Sequence record: CP121101.1
Strand: one strand, 5' to 3'
Origin: a plasmid
Length of the DNA stretch: 64,000 nt
The notes under the pieces were generated by a model. It did not search any database, was not told where the DNA came from, and saw only the letters and a list, made by a program, of their open reading frames with translations. Of this stretch, positions 23,066 through 33,733 are shown piece after piece; within the stretch, counting starts at the first letter, position 1; every line of letters starts with the position of its first letter. The position numbers and the translations under genes were made by a program.

Positions 23066-23947
23066 GGCTCTGTTGCAAAAATCGTGAAGCTTGAGCATGC
23101 TTGGCGGAGATTGGACGGACGGAACGATGACGGATTTCAAGTGGCGCCATTTCCAGGGTGATGTGATCCTGTGGGCGGTGCGCTGGTATTGTCGCTATCC
23201 GATCAGCTATCGCGACCTTGAGGAAATGCTGGCGGAACGCGGCATTTCGGTCGACCATACGACGATCTATCGCTGGGTCCAGTGCTACGCCCCGGAGATG
23301 GAGAAGCGGCTGCGCTGGTTCTGGCGGCGTGGCTTTGATCCGAGCTGGCGCCTGGATGAAACCTACGTCAAGGTGCGGGGCAAGTGGACCTACCTGTACC
23401 GGGCAGTCGACAAGCGGGGCGACACGATCGATTTCTACCTGTCGCCGACCCGCAGCGCCAAGGCAGCGAAGCGGTTCCTGGGCAAGGCCCTGCGAGGCCT
23501 GAAGCACTGGGAAAAGCCTGCCACGCTCAATACCGACAAAGCGCCGAGCTATGGTGCAGCGATCACCGAATTGAAGCGCGAAGGAAAGCTGGACCGGGAG
23601 ACGGCCCACCGGCAGGTGAAGTATCTCAATAACGTGATCGAGGCCGATCACGGAAAGCTCAAGATACTGATCAAGCCGGTGCGCGGTTTCAAATCGATCC
23701 CCACGGCCTATGCCACGATCAAGGGATTCGAAGTCATGCGAGCCCTGCGCAAAGGACAGGCTCGCCCCTGGTGCCTGCAGCCCCCGGCATCAGGGGCGAG
23801 GTGCGCCTTGTGGAGAGAGCTTTTGGCATTGGGCCCTCGGCGCTGACGGAGGCCATGGGCATGCTCAACCACCATTTCGCAGCAGCCGCCTGATCGGCGC
23901 AGAGCGACAGCCTACCTCTGACTGCCGCCAATCTTTGCAACAGAGCC
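23066..23947 (+). mobile_element. IS6100 (IS6 family); transposase 23127..23846 with a possible C-terminal frameshift in the run cagcccccggc
   Basis: Terminal IRs GGCTCTGTTGCAAA; Tnp MTDFKWRHFQGDVILWAVRWYCRYPISYRDLEEMLAERGISVDHTTIYRW... Confidence 0.9.
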
Positions 23948-24204
23948 CGCCGTGCTAGTCTGCTCGGTGATGGTGGAGTGAAGCCAACCCGCAATCGGGT
24001 TATGAATCTGCATCGCGATTCGCAATCAGCTGTCTCTTGAGCATGTCGAACTCCTGCGATGTTATCTCGCCGTGCTCGTGCTGCTACACCAACTTGTCCA
24101 ACTCATCCGCCACACCGCTCCCCACCACCTGCGATGGCCAGGTTGTTTGCTGGGCGCATTGGCGGAGTATCGTCTCGACCCGGGACACCCACACCGGCAC
24201 AACC

Positions 24205-24209
24205 TTACG
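24205..24209. repeat. 5-bp target duplication TTACG of the Tn3-family element, left copy; right copy 27452..27456
   Basis: Identical pentamers directly outside both IRs. Confidence 0.65.
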
Positions 24210-27200
24210 GGGGTTCTAGGGATTTTCCGTCCAAAAACGACAAAGTGCTCTGGAGGCCGCGCCGTCCGTGGCCTCCAGAGGGGTATTACTTTTCGCTGAC
24301 GGGTAAATATCCCTCGATTGAGCGCATAAGCTCCTCCAGATCTGGCAATTTTTCGCTCAATTCGAAGTGGTAAGTCCCCTTGAGGTTAATGTTGTGCCAG
24401 GCCACAGGGGATGCCTGTTTGACGATATCTATTCTCTTGGTATCTCCTTGGTATTCGAAGCTGGTCAACAGCTGGCTGAGTATCCTGGAGTTGAAGTAAA
24501 CGATGGCATTGGTGACCAGGCGAGCGCACTCATTCCATAGCTGGATTTCTTCGTCTGAACTGCCCCGGAACTGATCCCCATTGACGCTGCTCACGGCCCG
24601 ACGCAGTTGGTGATAGGCCTCTCCCCGGTTCAGCGCGCGCTGAACATAGTTTCTTAAACTGGCATCATCGATGTAGCACAGTAGATAATTCGCTTTCACC
24701 AGGCGATTGTATTCCGTCAGGGCTTCCAGCAGCGGGTGATTGCGCTTGTACTCCGAGAGCTTTCTCACCAAGGTGGCTTGCGTTGCGTTGTTTTCCGCTG
24801 CTTAAGTGATACTGCAATCCGTTGGATGGTATCCCAGTGCTGCGCAATACGATGGGTATTGATTGGCTTTTTTAAGCACAGCTGAATTCGGTGTTCTTTG
24901 TCTTCCTTGACATCAAACATGTCATTGATCACTTTGCCAACCTGGGCATAGCGTGGGGCAAACTGGTATCCGAACAGATCCAGTAACGCGAAGTTCACAT
25001 GGTTCACCCCATGGGTATCGGTTGAGAGCACATCCGGAATGATGTCTGACGTATTGCTCATCAACAAATCAAAGATGTAGTGCGATTCATGTTCGTTGGC
25101 GCCGATCACTCTGGCGTTGATCGCAGCGTGATTGGCGATCAAGGTCATGGCAGAAACACCTTTTTGAGTGCCAAAGTACTTCGACGAATAACGGGTTTTG
25201 AAGGTCTCGCGCCGGGCTTCGAACTTTTGACCATCGGCACTGGCGTGGATCACATCTTCCTGGATGTTGTAGTACCGGAAGATGGGTAGCTTGGCTGTCG
25301 CGTTATTGATGTTGTCGTTAGCAGCATTCAATGTTTCCAGGCGAAGATAGTTCGCCTGGATAGTGCTGAGCTGATCATAGGTACGATCAGAGATCTGTGC
25401 CATGCCGTAAATGCCTTGATTGGTTGCATTGCCGACCAGAATTGCCAACAGGTCATATTCATGGGAACGGCTTCTGGATTGGGAACCCAGCACATGAGCG
25501 AAGCAGTCAATGAAACCGGTGTCACGATCAACCATGCGCAGTACATCCGCAATCCCCGTTGTGGGAATTTGCTGGAAGAAGGGATTGTTGACCAGATGAT
25601 GTTTGCTGGCCGAAGGCAGGCGCCAGAAGCGTTTACCCTGCGGATTACGCAAGATGATATTCCGGTTGTCTTCCTGTTCAAGATATTCGCCGACTTCGTA
25701 CAAACGGGTATCCAATTCCATGGCCATCTGTTTGATCAGCTTTTCAGGCTCCTCCGCTAATTTTGTAAAATGGCTCTGTTGAAGCAGCGTATATTTGTGT
25801 TTTTTCGCCAATGTTCCCCGTCGATCAGGTCGGCGTCGAGTGCCCGGTATTTAGTGATATCAGGCAGCGTCAGCTGGCCATTCAGGCGATCAGGAATCTG
25901 TTGATAGAGGAACCACTCATAACGATCGATCAGGATATTCCCTTCACCATCCAGCAGGAATTCACGTGATTTTTTGGAAAGGAGTCTGGTGTCGGCAGTT
26001 TGCAACTGAGCGTCCTGGCCGTTGAGTTCGTTTTGTGTTTTCGCCAAGGCGGCCGCTAAGTGCTGGGTGCCGTCGCAGCCTTCGAAGCGCAGACATAGGA
26101 ACAACTCTCGCAGCAAACCTTTCCGCAGACTTTCTTTCTCGTCGCAGTACTGCCACATGGCTTCATCGACCGATCGTCGCTGCTCGTTCAGGAAGAGACA
26201 TACAGATTCCAGATCCCTTTTGGTCAGCAGGCTCAGTGCTTGCTGTCTTACTGTTGCAAACGGTAGTTGCAGATCAATGCTGTCATCAATGAACAGGTGC
26301 AGTACTTCAGCTGCCTTGCTGACATTTTTAGCTGCTTTTTGCCAATCCTTAAACACCGCTTCCTGCGCATAATCCTTTGCCTTCTGTTTGGTCTGTCTGA
26401 CATGATGCACAAAGCCATCGGCAATACGTTCCAGCGCTTGCTGCCATCGCGTTTGAAGATAGCACAATAAATACAGCCATTGGCTGCCTACGGTTTGACG
26501 TTTCAGTTTGGCACCGTAGTAGTCGACTTTCTCTGCCAGGTGTTGCAGATTTTTCTGCGACAGTGATAGCGTGCTCAACAGCAGATCCACTTCCGGCATC
26601 CAATGCTGGATATGGCGATAGACAATCAGTTCTTTCTCCAACTCGGTTCCGGTGAAGTTACGAGCCGATTGTCGCAACTGTCGGAACGGCAGTGGACCTG
26701 TGCCGTTCACGAGCTCCGCCAGTGCTTGCTTAAGACCGCGTGACATTGCACGCTCAAGGTGCGCGGCCATGTGTTCCTGTTCGTCTCCCACCACCTGACT
26801 GATGATCTTTTGCAGCGTGCTGTAGGCAGGGATTGCGATCTTCTGCCCCGAACAATATTCAATGGCCGCATCGAAGAGGTGCCTAGGCGCTGTCCAGGCT
26901 CTGGCTTGCTGGGATAAGTAATCTCTCAACGCCGCTCCATGGTCTTTGACATTCCAGCGCTGGTAGTTGCAGAGCTGGAAAACACGTTGGTAAATCCGTT
27001 CGTTCTCTTTTGGCGTGAGATTAAAGGGTCTACAGCCTGGGCCTGGTAGAACGGTTTGATAAACGTATTTGAGGTCCTGCTTGATCTGATGAAAGCCGGG
27101 ATTCAGCACCACCGGCTTGGCTTTGAAATAGCCCAGCAGTACCACCAGCATGTAACGCTGGCCCCGATGACGGAGGCTTTTAGCGATCGCCAGTTCCTTA

Positions 27201-27451
27201 TCGTTCAGCGAGAAAAAGAAGCGTTGGTCGGCGGAGGTGAAAGCGGGGGGTCCATATAACTCATCTTGTTCTGCCTCGGACAAGATTTGACACGTTCTTC
27301 GAATGCCATGGATTTAGCCCAAAAAGACTAAATCTTACTCAAACAGAGCCCAAATAGGGATCTCGAAAAAAGTAATACCCCTCTGGAGGCCACAGACGGC
27401 GGGGCCTCCAGAGCACTTTGTCGTTTTTGGACGGAAAATCCCTAGAACCCC
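24210..27451. mobile_element. Tn3-family transposase-only element (IS1071-like architecture), 3,242 bp, with long (~80 bp) terminal inverted repeats starting GGGGTTCTAGGG and containing an internal palindrome
   Basis: Near-identical inverted ends 24210..~24290 and ~27370..27451; one ~1000-aa Tn3-family TnpA; no resolvase. Confidence 0.75.
24286..27283 (-). CDS. tnpA: Tn3-family transposase read across three ORFs (25757..27283, 24765..25811, 24286..24771) with two apparent frameshifts
   Basis: Combined ~1015 aa; C-terminal parts resemble the Tn3-family DDE region. Confidence 0.7.
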
Positions 27452-27632
27452 TTACGGGAGTGATTCACTGTCAAAGAATCGGCCCGGTGCTCTGACGCAA
27501 GTATCGGGATGGTCACCATTTGTAAGCCGTAGACCTGAGTGGTGATCAAGACTTCGATACCACCGACCGTACCGGTACTAATCGACGACGGTCGTGTTCG
27601 TCGCCTGCCGCAGGGACTCTGCACACCTCCGT

Positions 27633-28217
27633 TTACGCATGTGCCTGGAGGAGTTGGAAATCGTCGTGTTCGGGAAACATTAAACACAGGATGGCAGCGA
27701 TCTGAGCCAGCACATGATCAGCTAGCTCACCATCCGGATCGACGGCCCACTGCATCGTCGCGCCAGCGATGACCGAGTGCAGGAGCAAATCAGCTGCCGC
27801 AGGAGCACCTGGGGGCAGTCGCTTGCGGATCCCCTCCACCACCGCGCGGTTCCGCTGGATCGCAAGCGTGCGTAGCTCCGGCACCTGGAGCTCGTACCAG
27901 GAGATGAGATAGTTCACCGAGAAGTCGTTGCGAGTGTTCATGCTCCGAACGAGCACCTGCAAAAATTCCCAGAGCCCTTGCGGCCCTGCGCCTATCGGTA
28001 TCGCATTCAGGTAATGCCGCACCTGCTCGACGCCGCGCTCCATCATCCTCACCAGCAGCGTATCGCGGTTGGTGAAGCGCTGGATTAACGCTGCGCGGGA
28101 GAGCCCCACCTCCTTTGCTACTCCGCTGAGCGTGAACTCTATGGGACCGCAACGCTTCAGCACTACGGTGGCGGCCTCGAGTACCTCGTCATCGGACTTG
28201 AGCTTGGGGCGGGGCAT
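27633..28217 (-). CDS. mphR(A): TetR-family repressor MphR(A) (194 aa)
   Basis: MPRPKLKSDDEVLEAATVVLKRCGPIEFTLSGVAKEVGLSRAALIQRF... Confidence 0.92.
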   Translation of the reverse strand: MPRPKLKSDDEVLEAATVVLKRCGPIEFTLSGVAKEVGLSRAALIQRFTNRDTLLVRMMERGVEQVRHYLNAIPIGAGPQGLWEFLQVLVRSMNTRNDFSVNYLISWYELQVPELRTLAIQRNRAVVEGIRKRLPPGAPAAADLLLHSVIAGATMQWAVDPDGELADHVLAQIAAILCLMFPEHDDFQLLQAHA

Positions 28218-29457
28218 CAGTGTTCACCTTCTGTATGGGTTGGGGCGGAGGCTGTGGCTGCCGCCGCCATTGTAGCAAATTGAAGACGGAGCGAGAGTAG
28301 AGCCACGAGCCCCGCAAACACGGCCGATACAACGAGGCCAGGGAGCGGACCAGCAAGGTCGACAAACGCGCCGGCCGCAAGCATAACCATGGGCGAGGCT
28401 GACAGCATCACCGCCGAGACCGTGCCGAGTACCCGGCCGAGAAGTTCTGGCGGCGTGCGGTTGTAGATGGCAGCGTTGAGAATGGGAGAGACTGAGCCGG
28501 TCAGCAGTCCCACGAGCGCGCCCAACAACATCAGCACCGGCACGCCTGGCAACTGTGAAAGCAGAAGCGAGCCCACCGCAGAGCCACAAAATGCCACCGC
28601 CAGCCAGTTCTGCGCTGATATCCGGGCGCCGACCGACGCATGAATGGCAATGCCAAGGAGACCACCAGCCCCCATCATTGAGGAGAACAGCCCGAGCTCT
28701 GCTACTTGGCGTCCTGCATCTACAAACAGCGCAGGCATGATGACGCTGCCGTTGGCGCCAACGATGCCCACGAAGATCATCACTATACCAAAGAGAGGGC
28801 GCAGCAGGGGTTCGCTCCAGAGAAAAGCGACGCCGGCGCGCATGGAGAGAGTCGCCGTCGTGGTCATCGTCCGAGCGGCACGCGCGGGAAGCACCCACGC
28901 GCCGAGCAGACCTGCAAGGACGGAGCAGAACGCCGTCAGCCCGAGCGTTGGCGCAGCGCCAAGCAGGCCGATTGCGGCCCCCCCAAGGGCCGGGCCACCT
29001 AGAATCGCGACGTTCCCGATCACCGCTTTCAGTGACGAGACGCGCTCAACGGAGAGCCCGGCGACGTGGCCGAGTTTGGGCAGCTCACTGTCCTGCGCGG
29101 CCATACCGGGTGCGTCGAACGCGGCACCGAGCACCACGCAAGCGATCAGCCCAGTGTTCGAGAGGGCGCCAACGGCATCGAGCAGTGGGATGCTCGCCAT
29201 GGCCACGCCGCCCACCACACCCGAGATCAATGCGACGGGCGCGCGCCCGAACCGATCGACGAGGCCACCACCAACCCACGCGCCGATGATGGTCGCGCGA
29301 TGACGCTGCTAGCGGCCGTGGCGCCCGCCCAGGCCGCGCTCTTTGTATGAGACAGGACGAACCATGGAAGCGCGAGGGCCGCCACCGCGTTGCCGATCCG
29401 GAAGAGAAAGGTCGCCGCGAACAGCGTCGCGAGCGGGCTATATCGACGTTCGCTCAT
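28217..29457 (-). CDS. mrx: MFS protein Mrx(A), split into 29227..29457 (N-terminal 76 aa) and 28217..29230 by an apparent frameshift
   Basis: MSERRYSPLATLFAATFLFRIGNAVAALALPWFVLSHTKSAAWAG... followed in another frame by the rest of Mrx. Confidence 0.85.
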
Positions 29458-30290
29458 TCCGCTGCGGCGAGCTGCGCCTTCGCCGCAGCGAGGTACTCTT
29501 CGTTACCCGAGTCGAGGGCGAAGAGTGCGTAGGTGACCGCCCCGAACGCAAGGCGCTCCGCGATGTGGTGGGCGAGCCGCGGCCACACCCGGCCACCGGC
29601 CGCTTCATACGTGAGGAGGAGCTTCGCGAGCCCCTCTTCACCAAAGACCATAAGGTGCGCGGCCATGTCGATGGCAGGGTCATCAACGCGGGCCTCGCTC
29701 CAGTCGATCATCCCGCTGACGCGCTCCGTGTTGTCGATGAGCACATGGCCCACGTAGAGATCGCCATGCACCACCACGGAGAAATCTGGCCACGACGAAT
29801 CGTCGTCGAGCCAGCGCTGCCACCGGTGGAGGCGCTTGTCGTTCACCACGAACTCGCGTCGGACGCGGTCAACGTCGTCGGCCACCTTCTGACGGGCCTG
29901 CGTCGGTGTACGGATGAGCATCCCCGCATCCACGGCGGCGGAAATGGGGACGGCATGCAGGGCGGCGAGCGCGGTCGCGAAGCTCTCCGCGAAGACCTCC
30001 GAGTCCTGCGGCACGACCCAGTCGGGCGTGGACGAACCAGGCTGGATGACCATCGCAGTCGAGTCTTCGAGCATGGGATAGGCAACGAGCTCGGCGTTGG
30101 CCACGCGCCAGTCCGGCACCGCGAACGGCAGGCGATTCTTGAGCATTGCCAGCACCCGCGCCTCTGGTTCGACCTTCGCGCTTACCTCGGCTCGGCGCGG
30201 GATGCGCAGCACCCACCGACGTCCATCGTCGACGGTGGCGATCACGATCCTATAGTCGAGCCCAAGCTCATTGACAGTCAGCGGGCTCAT
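29454..30290 (-). CDS. mph(A): Macrolide 2'-phosphotransferase Mph(A); N-terminus as read is 278 aa from ATG 30290
   Basis: ...PLTVNELGLDYRIVIATVDDGRRWVLRIPRRAEVSAKVEPEARVLAML... Confidence 0.9.
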   Translation of the reverse strand: MSPLTVNELGLDYRIVIATVDDGRRWVLRIPRRAEVSAKVEPEARVLAMLKNRLPFAVPDWRVANAELVAYPMLEDSTAMVIQPGSSTPDWVVPQDSEVFAESFATALAALHAVPISAAVDAGMLIRTPTQARQKVADDVDRVRREFVVNDKRLHRWQRWLDDDSSWPDFSVVVHGDLYVGHVLIDNTERVSGMIDWSEARVDDPAIDMAAHLMVFGEEGLAKLLLTYEAAGGRVWPRLAHHIAERLAFGAVTYALFALDSGNEEYLAAAKAQLAAAE

Positions 30291-30359
30291 GATTCACTCC
30301 TGAGGGCTTGACGGGTTTAGCCACCTAAATGTAACAGTCACGTCGGTTATATTCAATCC

Positions 30360-31179
30360 GGCACTGTTGCAAAGTTAGCGATGAGGCAGCCTTTTGTCTT
30401 ATTCAAAGGCCTTACATTTCAAAAACTCTGCTTACCAGGCGCATTTCGCCCAGGGGATCACCATAATAAAATGCTGAGGCCTGGCCTTTGCGTAGTGCAC
30501 GCATCACCTCAATACCTTTGATGGTGGCGTAAGCCGTCTTCATGGATTTAAATCCCAGCGTGGCGCCGATTATCCGTTTCAGTTTGCCATGATCGCATTC
30601 AATCACGTTGTTCCGGTACTTAATCTGTCGGTGTTCAACGTCAGACGGGCACCGGCCTTCGCGTTTGAGCAGAGCAAGCGCGCGACCATAGGCGGGCGCT
30701 TTATCCGTGTTGATGAATCGCGGGATCTGCCACTTCTTCACGTTGTTGAGGATTTTACCCAGAAACCGGTATGCAGCTTTGCTGTTACGACGGGAGGAGA
30801 GATAAAAATCGACAGTGCGGCCCCGGCTGTCGACGGCCGGTACAGATACGCCCAGCGGCCATTGACCTTCACGTAGGTTTCATCCATGTGCCACGGGCAA
30901 AGATCGGAAGGGTTACGCCAGTACCAGCGCAGCCGTTTTTCCATTTCAGGCGCATAACGCTGAACCCAGCGGTAAATCGTGGAGTGATCGACATTCACTC
31001 CGCGTTCAGCCAGCATCTCCTGCAGCTCACGGTAACTGATGCCGTATTTGCAGTACCAGCGTACGGCCCACAGAATGATGTCACGCTGAAAATGCCGGCC
31101 TTTGAATGGGTTCATGTGCAGCTCCATCAGCAAAAGGGGATGATAAGTTTATCACCACCGACTATTTGCAACAGTGCCC
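30360..31179 (-). mobile_element. IS26 copy 1 (820 bp); tnp26 30412..31115 carries a 1-nt deletion relative to copy 2 (gacggccggtac versus gacggcccggtac)
   Basis: 14-bp IRs GGCACTGTTGCAAA at both ends; Tnp26 MNPFKGRHFQRDIILWAVRWYCKYGISYRELQEM... Confidence 0.9.
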
Positions 31180-31997
31180 TTGCAAAGTTGCAAATTATGA
31201 GGCAGCCTTTTTTATTCAAAGGCCTTACATTTCAAAAACTCTGCTTACCAGGCGCATTTCGCCCAGGGGATCACCATAATAAAATGCTGAGGCCTGGCCT
31301 TTGCGTAGTGCACGCATCACCTCAATACCTTACCTTTGATGGTGGCGTAAGCCGTCTTCATGGATTTAAATCCCAGCGTGGCGCCGATTATCCGTTTCAG
31401 TTTGCCATGATCGCATTCAATCACGTTGTTCCGGTACTTAATCTGTCGGTGTTCAACGTCAGACGGGCACCGGCCTTCGCGTTTGAGCAGAGCAAGCGCG
31501 CGACCATAGGCGGGCGCTTTATCCGTGTTGATGAATCGCGGGATCTGCCACTTCTTCACGTTGTTGAGGATTTTACCCAGAAACCGGTATGCAGCTTTGC
31601 TGTTACGACGGGAGGAGAGATAAAAATCGACAGTGCGGCCCCGGCTGTCGACGGCCCGGTACAGATACGCCCAGCGGCCATTGACCTTCACGTAGGTTTC
31701 ATCCATGTGCCACGGGCAAAGATCGGAAGGGTTACGCCAGTACCAGCGCAGCCGTTTTTCCATTTCAGGCGCATAACGCTGAACCCAGCGGTAAATCGTG
31801 GAGTGATCGACATTCACTCCGCGTTCAGCCAGCATCTCCTGCAGCTCACGGTAACTGATGCCGTATTTGCAGTACCAGCGTACGGCCCACAGAATGATGT
31901 CACGCTGAAAATGCCGGCCTTTGAATGGGTTCATGTGCAGCTCCATCAGCAAAAGGGGATGATAAGTTTATCACCACCGACTATTTGCAACAGTGCC
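31180..31997 (-). mobile_element. IS26 copy 2, tandem and directly abutting copy 1; degenerate left end and a 5-bp duplication near the 3' end of tnp that changes the Tnp C-terminus to ...IKGKVLR
   Basis: Left end reads cccttgcaaagttgcaaattatgagg instead of ggcactgttgcaaagttagcgatgagg; extra acctt at ~31320; canonical right IR at 31984..31997. Confidence 0.8.
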
Positions 31998-32754
31998 GGC
32001 AGGCGACATGCACGAGGCACAGGCCAACCGAAACGGCAGACGGCGCTTCCAGCGTGACGACCATGCCGAGCACGCAGCGGGTGAACACGTCGATGGCGAG
32101 GGTCAGGTACGGGCGGCCAATAGGTTGCCGGTCGCGGTCATCGACCACGATCAGGTCGATGACCGTATGGTCTATCTGCACCTGCTCCAGCGGCGCGGTC
32201 ACGGCAGGAGGCTCGCCGCCCACACCTTGTAGGTCACGAGCGGCATCCTGGCCTTCCCGCCGGCGGATGACCTTGCGCGGGTCAAGGCTAGCGATCCGTA
32301 AGGCCACGGTATTGCGCGCCGGCACTCGCAGTTTTTGAGCCTTGCACACCTGAGTGACTTCGCGGTGAAAGGCCGCTAGGCTGCGCTTCTGCTTGGTCAG
32401 GAACCGCTTTTGCAGTAGCTCGTGGATGACGCGCTCGACCGGTTCCGGCAAGCGCCCCTTACCTTTACCTCCACCGGACTGGCCGGGCACCAGATCCGTC
32501 ACGAGGCCGCTGCCTTGCCGGGCACGCCGGATCAGAACGTATACCTGGCGCCGAGACAAGCCCAGCGCCTGAGCCGCCATATCGGCCGCTTCGTGCCCGA
32601 CCGTCTCCGACTGCGCCAACGGACTGATGATCTCCGCACGACGGCGCGCACGCTCCCAAGCCTCATCAGGCAGAGTGGCCACGCCTTGTTCTGGAATCCG
32701 TGGGGTGTCCGTCGCCATGCTCACCTCGCTTTGGTGCACACGAGTATTGAGCAT
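31998..32754 (-). pseudogene. tniA: Truncated tniA (Tn402-type transposition gene), 3' end cut by IS26 copy 2
   Basis: MATDTPRIPEQGVATLPDEAWERARRRAEIISPLAQSETVGHEAADMAAQALGLSRRQVYVLIRRA...; fusion tail LVHVACRHCCK comes from the IS26 IR. Confidence 0.8.
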
Positions 32755-32792
32755 AGTCGAGATTGGTGCAGATCACTTCTGATATTGAACTG

Positions 32793-33500
32793 TCAGGAGC
32801 TGGCTGCACAACAGCCATTACGCCCAATCAACTGGTGCAGTCGTCTTCTGAAAATGACATCCATGCCCAGCCCGTGCGCGAGCTGGATCACCGCCCGCAC
32901 GATAGTTTGGTCACGGGCATCATCCGGGAGCCTGGCGACAAAGGATTGGTCGATTTTCAATGTGGTGATGGGGCAGCATTTCAGATGTTGCAGGCAGGAA
33001 TAGCCGGTGCCGAAGTCGTCGGCGGCGAAGCGCACGCCGATGGCGCGCAAGGCGTCGAAACTGGCGAACAGGGCTGGATTGCCGAATGCGACCGATTCGG
33101 TCAGTTCGATCTCCAGAAGCTCGGCGGGCAGGGCCATATCGGCCAGCACCCGCTTTACCTCGTCGTCGAACGTTGGCCCAACCTGGCTGGCGGACACATT
33201 GATGGCAAGACGGAACGGTTGCCATGCCGGTCCTTGCCACTTGTGCATCTGGCGACAGGCCTCGCCCAGCACCCACGCGCCTATTTCCGGCATCAGGCCG
33301 AACGACTCGGCCAGCGGCAGGAACTGGCCGGGCGGCAACAGGCCAAGCCTCGGATGCCGCCAGCGCATCAACGCTTCCGCGCCAGCGATCCGGTGATCGC
33401 GCAGATCGACCAGCGGCTGGTAATGCAGGTCAAGCTGTCCGCGCGCCGCCGCCTGCGCCAACTCGGCCGCCGTCCATCCGGCGGGCTGCGAACTCGTCAT
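32793..33500 (-). CDS. urf2: urf2, EAL-domain protein truncated by integron insertion; the ORF reads through IRt below 32862
   Basis: [35 protein letters not shown]...; ATGA overlap with merE. Confidence 0.85.
   Translation of the reverse strand: MTSSQPAGWTAAELAQAAARGQLDLHYQPLVDLRDHRIAGAEALMRWRHPRLGLLPPGQFLPLAESFGLMPEIGAWVLGEACRQMHKWQGPAWQPFRLAINVSASQVGPTFDDEVKRVLADMALPAELLEIELTESVAFGNPALFASFDALRAIGVRFAADDFGTGYSCLQHLKCCPITTLKIDQSFVARLPDDARDQTIVRAVIQLAHGLGMDVIFRRRLHQLIGRNGCCAASS
32837..32861. repeat. Outer IRt of the class 1 integron
   Basis: Reverse complement of TGTCATTTTCAGAAGACGACTGCAC. Confidence 0.9.
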
Positions 33501-33733
33501 GATCCGCCCCGGAAGGCGCGCAGCAGCCGCGTTACGGCCAGAACGAACAAGCCGGTCAGCGCGAGCGCGGCAACACCCCAATGCTCGCCAAGGAAGGCAC
33601 CGGCGGTCGTCCCGGCCAGCACGGCGGCGAGAATCGGCAGATGGCAGGGGCAGGTCAACACGGCCAGCGCACCCCACAGGTAGCCGGAAACGGGTTGGCG
33701 CGTCTCGGGCGGCAGTTTGTCAGGGGCGTTCAC
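33497..33733 (-). CDS. merE: MerE (78 aa)
   Basis: [41 protein letters not shown]... Confidence 0.95.
   Translation of the reverse strand: MNAPDKLPPETRQPVSGYLWGALAVLTCPCHLPILAAVLAGTTAGAFLGEHWGVAALALTGLFVLAVTRLLRAFRGGS

Larger units (their letters stand above)
15192..32861. mobile_element. In4-like class 1 integron, IRi to outer IRt, lacking a 3'-CS and carrying IS6100, a Tn3-family element, the mph(A) module and IS26 insertions
   Basis: 25-bp IRi and IRt, intI1, attI1, cassette array, IS6100 flanked by inverted IRt ends. Confidence 0.85.

Noticed and set aside
23734-23994. ORFs at the IS6100 right end and in the spacer 23948..24204
   Set aside because: Antisense or remnant frames within IS6100 and the conserved IS6100–mphR spacer; no coding support
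28224-29350. Arg/Pro-rich ORFs overlapping mrx and mph(A) (for example 28644..29303, 28948..29289, 29343..30311)
   Set aside because: Alternative-frame artefacts of GC-rich resistance genes
29454-30360. Possibility that mph(A) is 5'-truncated by IS26 (reference Mph(A) is often annotated as 301 aa)
   Set aside because: The 69 bp between ATG 30290 and the IS26 IR contain stops in all frames and cannot encode the extra residues; I cannot verify the reference N-terminus from memory, so no truncation call is made
30771-32057. 428-aa plus-strand ORF spanning both IS26 copies
   Set aside because: It is antisense to the well-established tnp26 genes and its repetitive translation merely mirrors the tandem IS26 duplication; an artefact
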